A stretch of DNA of 64,000 bases from Gammaproteobacteria bacterium (lineage in GTDB: Bacteria; Pseudomonadota; Gammaproteobacteria; JABCZS01). The DNA is taken from assembly GCA_013289085.1 (NCBI GenBank), contig JABDAR010000004.1, positions 5,184-69,183 on the forward strand, written 5' to 3'. The notes under the pieces are model-generated. The model worked only from the letters and a program-made list of their open reading frames with translations. It was not told the origin of the DNA and made no database searches. Made by a program: the position numbers and the translations under genes. Of the stretch, positions 35,499-44,880 are shown piece by piece. How positions within the stretch are numbered: the first letter of the stretch is position 1; each line of letters begins with the position of its first letter.

Positions 35499-37207
35499 AA
35501 CCATTATTTTCATATAAGCAAGATTTAGAAAACAATACCGCTTGGATTGAAACTTCTTTAAAAGGCAAATTACTGCAGAGTTTATCTTTTCTTAACAAAG
35601 GAACGTCTTTTTCTTCGCAAGAACGTTTAGAATTTGGTCTTATTGGTAAATTACCATCAGCAGTTGAAACCATAGAACAACAAGTGACACGTGCTTACGA
35701 GCAATACCGTCGATATACCGTTGATTTAAGCCGACAAATATTTTTATATAGCTTACATGATCGTAATGAAGTCGTATTTTATCGGTTAATCAGTGATCAT
35801 TTAGCTGAAATGATGCCAATTATTTATACACCCACAGTAGGTTTTGCTGTTCAACAATATAGCCGTGAATTTCGTCGTCCACGTGGTCTTTATATTTCTT
35901 ATCCTGATCGCGATCATATGGATAGCATTATTGCTAATCGTACGCATGATGAAATTGATCTCATTGTTGCCACAGACGGTAGTGGCGTTTTAGGCATTGG
36001 TGATCAAGGTGTGGGTGGTATGTATATTCCCCTTGCAAAACTAATGGTTTATACCATTTGCGGCGGCATAAATCCCTGCAAAACATTACCTGTCATGTTA
36101 GATGTGGGTACCGATAATCAATTATTATTAGACGATCCATTGTATCTGGGTTGGCGTCATGAACGCTTAAGAGGCGCAGAGTACGATGATTTTATTGATC
36201 AATTTGTACAAACAGTCAAAAAACATTTTCCAAACGTCATGCTACATTGGGAAGATTTTGGCCGTGACCCAGCACACCAGATTTTGCATCGTTATAAAAA
36301 TGATTTTTGTACTTTTAATGATGATGTTCAAGGTACCGGAGCCGTGGTTTTAGCGGCTATTTTAGCGGGCGTGCAAAAAACTGGCCGACCACTTTCAGAG
36401 CAACGTATTGTGATTCATGGCGCAGGTGCTGCGGGTGTTGGTATTGCTAATGAAATTATCAGCGCAATGCAATGTGCAGGTTTGTCTGAAGCTGAGGCGG
36501 CTAAAAAGTTTTGGTTATTGGACAGTAATGGTTTAATCGTTAACAATAGCGCCACCTTAAAATCATTTCAAAAAATTTATGCAAGAGATGCCGGTGAAAT
36601 TGCCAATTGGCCATTAACGAATGAAAAAATTGATCTTGAAACTGTGGTGGCACAAGTTAAACCCACAATTTTAATCGGCAGCTCTGCGGTCCCAGGCGCA
36701 TTTACTGAAAAATTAGTGCGGGAAATGGCTAAACATGTTGATAATCCCATTATTATGCCGCTCTCTAATCCAACTCAAAAAAGTGAAGCGAATCCAGTTG
36801 ATTTGTATGAATGGTCAGAAGGTCGTGCACTCATTGCAACCGGTAGTCCGTTTGATCCAGTCACCTATAATGGCAAAATATATCCCATTGCCCAATGTAA
36901 TAATGCATTAGTTTTTCCAGGAATAGGTTTAGGTACCTTAGCGGTACGTGCACGCTTAGTGACAGATAATATGATCTGGGCTGCATGTGAAGCGTTAAGT
37001 GAATTATCACCGAGTTTAAAAGATCACAATGCACCTTTATTACCCCCTTTTGTAGAAGCAAGAAAAGCATCGTATATTATTGCAAAACGTGTAGCCGAAC
37101 AGGCTAGAAAAGATGGTGTTGATAGGGTAGGGCAAGGAGTGGATGTTACTCAATTAATCGATCAAATCTTATGGCATCCACGTTATGTGCCTTTAAAGTC
37201 TGTTTAG
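35495..37207 (+). CDS. maeA: NAD-dependent malic enzyme
   Basis: 570 aa. LLNKGTSFSSQERLEFGLIGKLP, YTPTVG, VATDGSGVLGIGDQGVGGM, FNDDVQGTGAV, GAGAAGVGIA. Confidence 0.92.
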   Translation: MKPLFSYKQDLENNTAWIETSLKGKLLQSLSFLNKGTSFSSQERLEFGLIGKLPSAVETIEQQVTRAYEQYRRYTVDLSRQIFLYSLHDRNEVVFYRLISDHLAEMMPIIYTPTVGFAVQQYSREFRRPRGLYISYPDRDHMDSIIANRTHDEIDLIVATDGSGVLGIGDQGVGGMYIPLAKLMVYTICGGINPCKTLPVMLDVGTDNQLLLDDPLYLGWRHERLRGAEYDDFIDQFVQTVKKHFPNVMLHWEDFGRDPAHQILHRYKNDFCTFNDDVQGTGAVVLAAILAGVQKTGRPLSEQRIVIHGAGAAGVGIANEIISAMQCAGLSEAEAAKKFWLLDSNGLIVNNSATLKSFQKIYARDAGEIANWPLTNEKIDLETVVAQVKPTILIGSSAVPGAFTEKLVREMAKHVDNPIIMPLSNPTQKSEANPVDLYEWSEGRALIATGSPFDPVTYNGKIYPIAQCNNALVFPGIGLGTLAVRARLVTDNMIWAACEALSELSPSLKDHNAPLLPPFVEARKASYIIAKRVAEQARKDGVDRVGQGVDVTQLIDQILWHPRYVPLKSV

Positions 37208-37213
37208 TTATTC

Positions 37214-37406
37214 TTTTCCCCTCACCCTTTCCCTCTCCCACACTTATTTTTCGTCTTTGTCGAATTATTGCAAAGTGGGAGAGGGGACTAATAACATAAA
37301 TTAGTTTTTAATATTGAGAATTACGAGAGAGTCCCCTCTCCCACGATGCTATGTTTATACGAAGACGGATAAATAGTGTGGGAGAGGGAAAGGGTGAGGG
37401 GGAAAA
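37214..37406. repeat. Family B nested palindromic element (MITE-like), copy 1
   Basis: The outer arm ttttcccctcaccctttccctctcccacac... (37214-37257) is the near-perfect reverse complement of ...gtgtgggagagggaaagggtgagggggaaaa (37360-37406). The inner arms are aagtgggagaggggact (37273-37289) and agtcccctctcccac (37330-37344). Confidence 0.85.
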
Positions 37407-37454
37407 CATTCTTATTACGTCTATACTTAATAAATTAATCAAGGAATATTCATC

Positions 37455-37988
37455 ATGGCGAATACATTAAGCGAACGTTGGGGCTGGCTTTTTGCTTGGG
37501 GCTTAGTACTTGTTATTTTAGGTGTGCTGGCAATTGCCTATGCAACTGTTTCCACAGTAGTTTCTGTCATTTTTCTAGGTTTTTTATTAACTGTCTCTGG
37601 TATAGTCATTATCTTCGATAGCGTAAAATCCAGTTGGGGACGGTGGAATGAATTCTTTATGCACCTTGGCATGGGGCTTTTATATTTAATTGCCGGTTTA
37701 ATATTAATCAAAGGACCTGTAGCAGGTTCAATTACCCTCACATTATTATTAGCCATTTTTTATATTGCTTTAGGTTTATTACGGACAATCTCGTGTTTAA
37801 CACGCGAAGTCACCAACCGTGGCTGGCGTTTGTTCAGTAGTATCATAACCTTACTTTTAGGTATTTTAATTTTATTAGAATGGCCCGCGTCAGGTTTATT
37901 TATCATTGGCTTATTTATCGGCATTGATTTAATATTCACAGGTTGGATATATATCATGACTGCTTTAACTGTAAAATCGATTAAATAG
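37455..37988 (+). CDS. HdeD/DUF308-family membrane protein
   Basis: Six TM segments with a repeated small-helix pattern and a WGWLFAWGLVLVILGVLAI-type N-terminus. Confidence 0.65.
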   Translation: MANTLSERWGWLFAWGLVLVILGVLAIAYATVSTVVSVIFLGFLLTVSGIVIIFDSVKSSWGRWNEFFMHLGMGLLYLIAGLILIKGPVAGSITLTLLLAIFYIALGLLRTISCLTREVTNRGWRLFSSIITLLLGILILLEWPASGLFIIGLFIGIDLIFTGWIYIMTALTVKSIK

Positions 37989-37999
37989 GTATCACCCAT

Positions 38000-39190
38000 A
38001 TGAGTAGTCGTTTTTTTTCGCAGACATTTATCACGATGTCTGTTGTCATTTTAGTGATCATCAGTGCCGCTGTTGAAACGGATATTTTCGTCCCTAGCTT
38101 TCCCGCGCTGCAAGACTATTTTGCAACAACAGAAAGCAAAATCCAGATGATTATCAGCGTCAACTTTTTAGGTTTATGTATTGCAAGTTTATTTTACGGA
38201 CCTCTTGCCGATGCTTATGGTCGCAGGCCAATTTTACTGATAGGCATGTCAATATTTTCCGTGAGCAGTATTGCTTGTGTGATGGTCAATACCATTGAAG
38301 CCATGTTATTTTGGCGTTTTGTACAAGGTGTGGGCAGTAGTGTTGCCTTTGTAGTACCGGCAGCCATTATTTACGATACCTTTAATCAAGAAAAAGCTGC
38401 AAAAATGCTGGGTATATATAATAGTATTATTACTTTTGCAATGTCATTTGCACCTATTATTGGTAGTATTTTATACTTAACATTTAATTGGCGTGCAAAT
38501 TTTATGTTTGTGGCTGCGCTTGCCACGATAACATTTATATCTGCAATATTTTTTGTAAAAGAATCACATCCTCCAGAAAAACGCCCACGCATGCATCTTC
38601 CCAGTGTAATGAAAAGTTATATTCAACTGCTTAAAAATCCCAAAGCCATGCTGAATTTATATTTAGTCTGTGGTGTTTGTGGTGCTTATTTTGCATATAT
38701 TGCCAACTTGTCATTGATTTTTATTAATCACTTGGGTGTAAGCAACGAAACCTATGGTTATTATCAAGCAGTGATTCTATTAATTTTTGCATTTGTGAGT
38801 TTTTCATCAGGTTATGTGATTATGCATTTAGGCATGAAACGGACCCGAATGCTGGGGATGAAAATCACCGTCATAGGCGCTATTTTATTTTTACTAGTCA
38901 CACTGTTTTTTGGAAAAAATCCTATTCTCATTACGTCAGCCATGGCCATTTTCACCGGCGGTTTTGCGCTAAGCATGAATGTATTTTTCGGTGATTATAT
39001 GAATGTCTTTCCAGATATTAAAGGCATCGCCTCAGCGCTTGCGAACAGTATTCGCTTATTTGTAATGGCTGCTTTAATTGGACTTTCAGGCATATTCTTC
39101 AATGGCACGATGATGGCTGTTGCTGTGATTGTGTTTTTTGCAGGTGTATCATCATTGTTAATATTATATTGGCTAAAAGCGCAGAAATAA
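38000..39190 (+). CDS. MFS transporter (Bcr/CflA-like drug-resistance subfamily)
   Basis: 12 predicted TM helices. MFS motif A GPLADAYGRRPILL between TM2 and TM3. Confidence 0.82.
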   Translation: MSSRFFSQTFITMSVVILVIISAAVETDIFVPSFPALQDYFATTESKIQMIISVNFLGLCIASLFYGPLADAYGRRPILLIGMSIFSVSSIACVMVNTIEAMLFWRFVQGVGSSVAFVVPAAIIYDTFNQEKAAKMLGIYNSIITFAMSFAPIIGSILYLTFNWRANFMFVAALATITFISAIFFVKESHPPEKRPRMHLPSVMKSYIQLLKNPKAMLNLYLVCGVCGAYFAYIANLSLIFINHLGVSNETYGYYQAVILLIFAFVSFSSGYVIMHLGMKRTRMLGMKITVIGAILFLLVTLFFGKNPILITSAMAIFTGGFALSMNVFFGDYMNVFPDIKGIASALANSIRLFVMAALIGLSGIFFNGTMMAVAVIVFFAGVSSLLILYWLKAQK

Positions 39191-39263
39191 AACGCGAATA
39201 CAAGTCATTTATGAATGCAATGGATTTTTTAAATTCCCAAGATGTTTAATATCCCACGTTAAA

Positions 39264-42200
39264 TCATAATGTATGATGCGATGAAGCAGACGCAGTATTT
39301 TTTTCTTGTAGCTTTTCTTGTTTCTGTGTTAATTTTTTCTGAATGTCTGCGACTTCAGTGCTGACTAGTTTATTTTCTTTGCATAATTCCAACGCTAATT
39401 TACAGGCTTGTTTAGCTTCTTCCAGTTTATTCAGTTCTAGATAACATAAAGCAATATTCGAGTAACAGACAGCAATCTTGATTGGCGGACTTTTGTTTTC
39501 TTTAAACCCTTTTAAGGCAAGATTTAAAAAACATAATGCAGACTCATATTCTTTTTCCTCACGACATATTCGCAGGCCCATTATGTAATACTGCATTGGA
39601 TCGCTGCAACTTAATGCTTGATAATATTCATGGACTCTATCAAATACTGTCCAGAACATTTCACATTTAATTCTTTTATAATTTTTACGTTGGTCTTTTG
39701 GAATATTTGCTAATACGGTGAGGATTGTTTCAAAAAAATTTTGGCGCCCGGTTTGGTAAACTGTAAAAAAACCTTTTAATTCTCCATTTACATAAATATG
39801 CGGCCAAACCATGGCTAGACTTTCGATAAAATGCACAACCTCCTTGGAAAATTTAGTGATTTCGATATCTGGGAAAAGACATTCATCCTCCTGGACGATT
39901 ATAAAATTATTGCTTGTACGATGACACCAGTTTTCATAGCGCTGATTGGCATAAACCATGATATCAACTGCCTCAGGATCAGTATCAAAAATGCCCGCTA
40001 ATATTCTTTGTGGGGTGAAATTGTTTGATATGTTTATTAATGAGGTATGTACGATAGTATGATATCTCATTACGCCTATTTTATTTTTGTGACACAGTGC
40101 TGTTAGATTTTTTATTCTGGAGTCAACACCTTTATTGTTCATGTCTAGTTCTTCAATATAACTTAAGAGATATCCATGCATGGTTTCTGCAGAGGGCACT
40201 TGTGTGCCCTGGGACATTGCCCCATGTAGTTTAGTCTTAATAGTTTCGAATATGATGGTTTCCAATATGGAGAGATTTTCTGCTTCGTTATCTAATTTTT
40301 TCAATAACTTACCTTTATCAGACTCATAAAAAAGCTGCATCAGGCCTGGAATAATCACACAGCCATTGCGGGTAAACTTAAATCCCACGCGTTTGCCTGG
40401 TGAATCAGCAGCCAAAGATAGTTCTGCACAAGTCTTGGCTTGTTCTCTTGCAAATAAACCTTGGGACTTCATTTCTTGATAAATATGTTTAATCTGTTGA
40501 TAGATTTTGTCACCAAAACTATAACGATGACTGAGGATGAAACTATCCAACATCGCCATGGTATGTTCATTTAAGTGTTGTAATGAATCAGCAGTTTTTG
40601 TTGCTTGAAAAAATATTTTTATTAATCTGAAGTTAGTAAATATATTGACGATATAGGCTTTCAAATTATTTTCTTTCTTGAAATATTTTTCTAGATCTAC
40701 ATCAAAATAAGGTATTATTACGCGTAATAAGTCAGCACACGTTTCTGGGTCGAGCCCAGGTGTCGTGTTTGTTAAAGCAAGAACTTTAGATTTTAATCCC
40801 CAAAAAAATCTGGCTTTATGGTCCTCTGTTTTGAGTAGTTCAGCAAAGGGTTTTGCAAATTCTTGGCTTAATTTAGTAATAAAATTATGTTCTTTGCCTA
40901 AAGCGACTGTCTTGCCCCATCGATTAAATTCAGCTATCAATTCATCATTGAAACATTCCAAAGTTAAATTAACTATTATATTATCAGGATCTTCTGCATC
41001 GGTTTTTGGTTTTTCTTGTTTCTGGATAAAAGAAGAAGATGAAGATGATGATGATGATGATGATGAAGGCATAACATTCTTTTGTTTGGCAATTTTAATT
41101 TCTTTACTTGCTATCGTTGATTGCGCTTCTTTTGCAGCTACATTTTTTTTGAGTTCCTGTCTTGCCACTTCAATGGCGGCAATGGATGCTTTGATTTTCT
41201 CTTTCAATGTTTCCACATGCTGATAATCAAAAGATTCTTTATCCATTAGGCGCATGATTGTTGGAATGCCAAAGTAGGTATTTTCTAGGAAATTCGAGTG
41301 CTTATAAAATTCATATTGCTCACCGCAATAAAAATTATATACAGTCATCAAGCGGTAAAATAGTCCTTGCAGCTCTGTTTTGTCAGATTTGATTTCTTGA
41401 ACTCTTTGCCGCCAATATTCAATAAATAAACGATTGGTTTCAGCTTCAATATTTTTTGCTTCCAATCTTGCTTGTTGTTTTATTTTTTCTTCTTCTGCTG
41501 CGAGGCTGGCTTTTTCTTCTTTTTCATTACGTGCCGATGCATCTGAATAAATCTTTTTTACATAGGCTTCAAATTCGAGCAATTCTATTGGATTAACTTC
41601 AACGACCCAGTTATTTTGTACTGATTTACTCTTTAAATGTGCTTTTATCAGCGCATAATGAGTAGGCGATGCTTGAATAAATTTTGCCCAAGTGATGGCG
41701 GTGTCTTCATCTAATTTATAATCCATATCGCGCAATGGCTTGATAGATGATTTTAAATAATAACTTAAGTGCGATAAATAGCCTTGTAGGAGATGGGGAT
41801 TTGCTAGTCTTTGTGGGAATTCTGTCAGAAAAATTTGCAGAGTCGGTATGGCAACAATATGTGCAGTAAATAATTCTTCATGAGATTTATTATCCACTCT
41901 AAAATTTGGATGTAAAATGATCTGTCCATCTTGATCTGCCTTTGCATCCACACTATTAGAAGGTTCTTTTTGGGCATTTTCAAGATTGACATGATAAATG
42001 TTGTTATTGTGCGTCAATTGCGCATGATAATGATTGCTCCATTGCGACGGTGCAGGAAAGTTATATTTTTCAGCTAAATGATGGGCGATTCTATTTATCT
42101 GTGGAAGTGTGAGCGTGATTTTAGGTTCTAACGGTTCGATACAGATATCACGGCTGGCTGCATTTAATTCAGAAACTATTTTTTCTAAACGTGCTGTGTC

Positions 42201-42359
42201 TGCAACATTTTGAAATTGATATAGCAAACGTATTACTGATCCTATTAAAGTAACCCGTAGTTTTGGTAGACTTGTATCACCACGACATAGTTCATCCAAG
42301 CAACTCTGCAGTGCTTTTAGGATGCTTTGATCTTTTGCGTCTAATTTGATATTAAGCAT
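39264..42359 (-). CDS. Large (1031 aa) orphan protein with coiled-coil regions, a 12-Ser run and C-terminal TPR-like repeats; effector candidate
   Basis: No signal peptide. Lys/Glu-rich coiled coil around EEKASLAAEEEKIKQQARLEAKNIEAE. SSSSSSSSSSSS. C-terminal TPR-like ALCFLNLALKGF...CYSNIALCYLELNKLEEAKQACKLALELC. Confidence 0.55.
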   Translation of the reverse strand: MLNIKLDAKDQSILKALQSCLDELCRGDTSLPKLRVTLIGSVIRLLYQFQNVADTARLEKIVSELNAASRDICIEPLEPKITLTLPQINRIAHHLAEKYNFPAPSQWSNHYHAQLTHNNNIYHVNLENAQKEPSNSVDAKADQDGQIILHPNFRVDNKSHEELFTAHIVAIPTLQIFLTEFPQRLANPHLLQGYLSHLSYYLKSSIKPLRDMDYKLDEDTAITWAKFIQASPTHYALIKAHLKSKSVQNNWVVEVNPIELLEFEAYVKKIYSDASARNEKEEKASLAAEEEKIKQQARLEAKNIEAETNRLFIEYWRQRVQEIKSDKTELQGLFYRLMTVYNFYCGEQYEFYKHSNFLENTYFGIPTIMRLMDKESFDYQHVETLKEKIKASIAAIEVARQELKKNVAAKEAQSTIASKEIKIAKQKNVMPSSSSSSSSSSSSFIQKQEKPKTDAEDPDNIIVNLTLECFNDELIAEFNRWGKTVALGKEHNFITKLSQEFAKPFAELLKTEDHKARFFWGLKSKVLALTNTTPGLDPETCADLLRVIIPYFDVDLEKYFKKENNLKAYIVNIFTNFRLIKIFFQATKTADSLQHLNEHTMAMLDSFILSHRYSFGDKIYQQIKHIYQEMKSQGLFAREQAKTCAELSLAADSPGKRVGFKFTRNGCVIIPGLMQLFYESDKGKLLKKLDNEAENLSILETIIFETIKTKLHGAMSQGTQVPSAETMHGYLLSYIEELDMNNKGVDSRIKNLTALCHKNKIGVMRYHTIVHTSLINISNNFTPQRILAGIFDTDPEAVDIMVYANQRYENWCHRTSNNFIIVQEDECLFPDIEITKFSKEVVHFIESLAMVWPHIYVNGELKGFFTVYQTGRQNFFETILTVLANIPKDQRKNYKRIKCEMFWTVFDRVHEYYQALSCSDPMQYYIMGLRICREEKEYESALCFLNLALKGFKENKSPPIKIAVCYSNIALCYLELNKLEEAKQACKLALELCKENKLVSTEVADIQKKLTQKQEKLQEKNTASASSHHTL
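41031..41066. repeat. Trinucleotide microsatellite encoding the poly-Ser tract
   Basis: The + strand reads agaagaagatgaagatgatgatgatgatgatgatga, which is (TCA)7 plus TCT/TCA codons on the coding strand. Confidence 0.9.
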
Positions 42360-42389
42360 AAAAGTTAAGTTGCGTGTTTTAGCGTGTGA

Positions 42390-42905
42390 TTAATTAGGCT
42401 TTTGCATCTTTCTACCTGTATGCGTAGATTGTTGACCGTTAGATACCTGTTCTGCATTTAACAAATCTCTTATTCTTGCATTGGCTGCAGCATGATTGAT
42501 AGGTTTTTTTAAATCGTAAGCAAGCTTATTGAAGGTCAGCAGTTCTTTGTCACCAAATGCTTCGTGACCCTCATTATCCATTGCTTGTTTAAAATTTGAA
42601 TATGCTAGGTCTAAATCAGATTTACTATTAGGCTGCTTGATTGAATTTCCAAAGTTACCGTAATCGTTATTATACAAACTCATTGCGACGTTAATTCTCA
42701 TGCTTGCTGCTGGTCCGTCTGAATTCTGAGCAATACCCGTATGGTGCGGACCCATTTGGTACACTTTGCCAGGAGGAGTTGAGTAACACGGTGCATTTGT
42801 AGCGCGATTATTGCAATTACCTTGCGTTTCTTTGGCAATCGCACTTGTCACTGCAAGTAATAAGAGCATTGCCTGAGGTACTGTCATTTGCGTTTTAATT
42901 TTCAT
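42390..42905 (-). CDS. Small secreted hypothetical protein
   Basis: Signal peptide MKIKTQMTVPQAMLLLLAVTSAIA|KE. Two Cys (CNNRATNAPC). No recognisable family. Confidence 0.5.
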   Translation of the reverse strand: MKIKTQMTVPQAMLLLLAVTSAIAKETQGNCNNRATNAPCYSTPPGKVYQMGPHHTGIAQNSDGPAASMRINVAMSLYNNDYGNFGNSIKQPNSKSDLDLAYSNFKQAMDNEGHEAFGDKELLTFNKLAYDLKKPINHAAANARIRDLLNAEQVSNGQQSTHTGRKMQKPN

Positions 42906-42921
42906 CGTTTTTTCCTTAGTG

Positions 42922-43944
42922 TTAATTAAGTTTCATATTCATTCGTTCATCTATTTTATCAATAAAATCATCAATTCTATAAATATTATTATCTTGGCTA
43001 GCAAAGGGATCATGTTTATGATTAGTTTTGACCACATGCACCATCTCATCAACATGGGCTTTTATTTTAGGAAAGAATTTTTCAATAATGGGCTTGGGTA
43101 TTTCGGCGTGAAGTAGGGCTATGCGTATTTTAAGCACATTGGCTGCGCCGTTGGCATTTTTTAATCCATCTATCCACTCCGGAATAAACATACTTTCTGC
43201 TTCAGCAAGCGCTGCTAACAGTGGATCAACACCTTTATAGATTTCATGTCCTAAATTATTTTTATTTTTAGGATAGGTATAATGGTGTTGCATGTCTTTT
43301 ACATTTTTTCTAAGAATGGCATTATTACGATCATGTTTGTTATCAAGGTATTGAAGTTGCTCTCTATATTTTTTCAATTTTTTAAACCCTTGGTCAAGTG
43401 CTTTTTGTAATGTTTCTTTTTGATCTTCATTTACAAAAGGTTGGCAACTCGTACTGTCTTTATTTTCCGTGAGTTGGTAAGCATGGCAGGTACCGTAAAA
43501 AAATATTTCTCGTAATTTATTTTCAAGATGTGCTTCACCTTTCATGGCCGAACTACCCAAAGCATATACTTTAGTAGCTGGGTCATAAGTTGCATCAAAT
43601 AGATGCCCTATACCGACATTGTTTGTAGGTGATAAAATAAGTTTTCTATTTTTAATCAGTAATCCCGCATTGATATAATCATATTGTGCAGTCACAGCTT
43701 CCATACCTGTTATGACATCGACGCATCGTGTCGTGTCACCACTCGTAATAGAAAAGAAATTTAGATAATTGGTTTCAGCAATTTGATGCGGTGATGAATT
43801 TTTTGCAAATGGTAAACATGTGGGTTTGCTAGTTGCAGAAGAGTCGTTGGTTAAGCTTGAACCGTTTGAAGGTGTGGTGTTATTTTTTAATAGAGTAAAT
43901 AACGTACCTACAACTATCATGGCGAGCTGGACCTGTATTATCAT
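42922..43944 (-). CDS. Hypothetical exported/anchored protein with several Cys
   Basis: N-terminal hydrophobic segment MIIQVQLAMIVVGTLFTLL, a Ser/Thr/Asn-rich linker, and Cys at TCLPF, RCVDV, GTCHAY, TSCQPF. No recognisable family. Confidence 0.5.
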   Translation of the reverse strand: MIIQVQLAMIVVGTLFTLLKNNTTPSNGSSLTNDSSATSKPTCLPFAKNSSPHQIAETNYLNFFSITSGDTTRCVDVITGMEAVTAQYDYINAGLLIKNRKLILSPTNNVGIGHLFDATYDPATKVYALGSSAMKGEAHLENKLREIFFYGTCHAYQLTENKDSTSCQPFVNEDQKETLQKALDQGFKKLKKYREQLQYLDNKHDRNNAILRKNVKDMQHHYTYPKNKNNLGHEIYKGVDPLLAALAEAESMFIPEWIDGLKNANGAANVLKIRIALLHAEIPKPIIEKFFPKIKAHVDEMVHVVKTNHKHDPFASQDNNIYRIDDFIDKIDERMNMKLN

Positions 43945-43996
43945 TCTATACCCTTTATTTTAAATCAGAATGATAACACAGGCTTGAAGAGAATGT

Positions 43997-44728
43997 CTAT
44001 TCAGATTTTAAAACAAGCGTAATTAAATCACTTGCAGGCATATAACCTGGAATAACCGTACCATCTTGTAAAATAATAATCGGCGTTGCACTTGCACCTA
44101 TGCCACGAATAAATGCGGTATGTTCAGCAAAAGGATCTTGGCAATCAGCAGGTTTTTCTGGGGGAGTACCACCTTTAAGGACGCTATCGAGCGTAGCTTT
44201 AGGATCTTTAGCACACCAAATGGCAGCAGATTTATCATAAGAAGGTGTGCCTTTAGGCGTTCTTGGAAAGGCAACATATTGCACAGTAATGCCGGCAGCA
44301 TTAAGCGCAGGGATTTCTTCGTGGAGTTTTCGGCAATAGCCACAATCTATGTCAGTCCCGATGGTAATAACGGCTTTTTCTTTATCGGTTGCAGGGAAGG
44401 TGATAAAGGTTTTAGGGTCAATTTTAGCTAATTCAGCTTTAACATAGACTTGTTTTGATTTTTCAGTGATGCTGGTGATAGTATCATTTTTAATTTCAAA
44501 TAATTCACCATAAAATAAATATTGGCCATCTTCACTGACGTAGAAAACAGAAGGCCCGCTGGTTACTTCATAAAAGCCTTTTACAGGCGTTGGTTTTACG
44601 CTATCAACGTTGATTTGAGGCACGGCTTTAATGAGCATTTGTTGCATGCTGTCAACAGAAGGAGTATCTGCATAAGTGGCATAAGAAATTAAGACTAGAC
44701 TGCTGAGTGTAAAAATCCGTTTTAACAT
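43997..44728 (-). CDS. dsbC: Thiol:disulfide interchange protein (disulfide isomerase) DsbC
   Basis: Signal peptide, N-terminal dimerisation-type domain, thioredoxin fold with active site CGYC (DIDCGYCRKLH). Confidence 0.82.
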   Translation of the reverse strand: MLKRIFTLSSLVLISYATYADTPSVDSMQQMLIKAVPQINVDSVKPTPVKGFYEVTSGPSVFYVSEDGQYLFYGELFEIKNDTITSITEKSKQVYVKAELAKIDPKTFITFPATDKEKAVITIGTDIDCGYCRKLHEEIPALNAAGITVQYVAFPRTPKGTPSYDKSAAIWCAKDPKATLDSVLKGGTPPEKPADCQDPFAEHTAFIRGIGASATPIIILQDGTVIPGYMPASDLITLVLKSE

Positions 44729-44880
44729 GATGTCCTCGTTAGATTAAATGATTAGATGAACTTTGACATATATAGCATAACCTAAAACATAATATAATGA
44801 ATTATTGCAGTAATAGGTGATAGGTCATTATTTTATATAAGTATAATAACTTACTTATGTAAAATAAAGGGATACTAATA

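Noticed and set aside
40765-41223. 152-aa + strand ORF with a poly-Asp/Glu run
   Set aside because: It is antisense to the 1031-aa CDS. The acidic run is simply the complement of the (TCA)n poly-Ser microsatellite.
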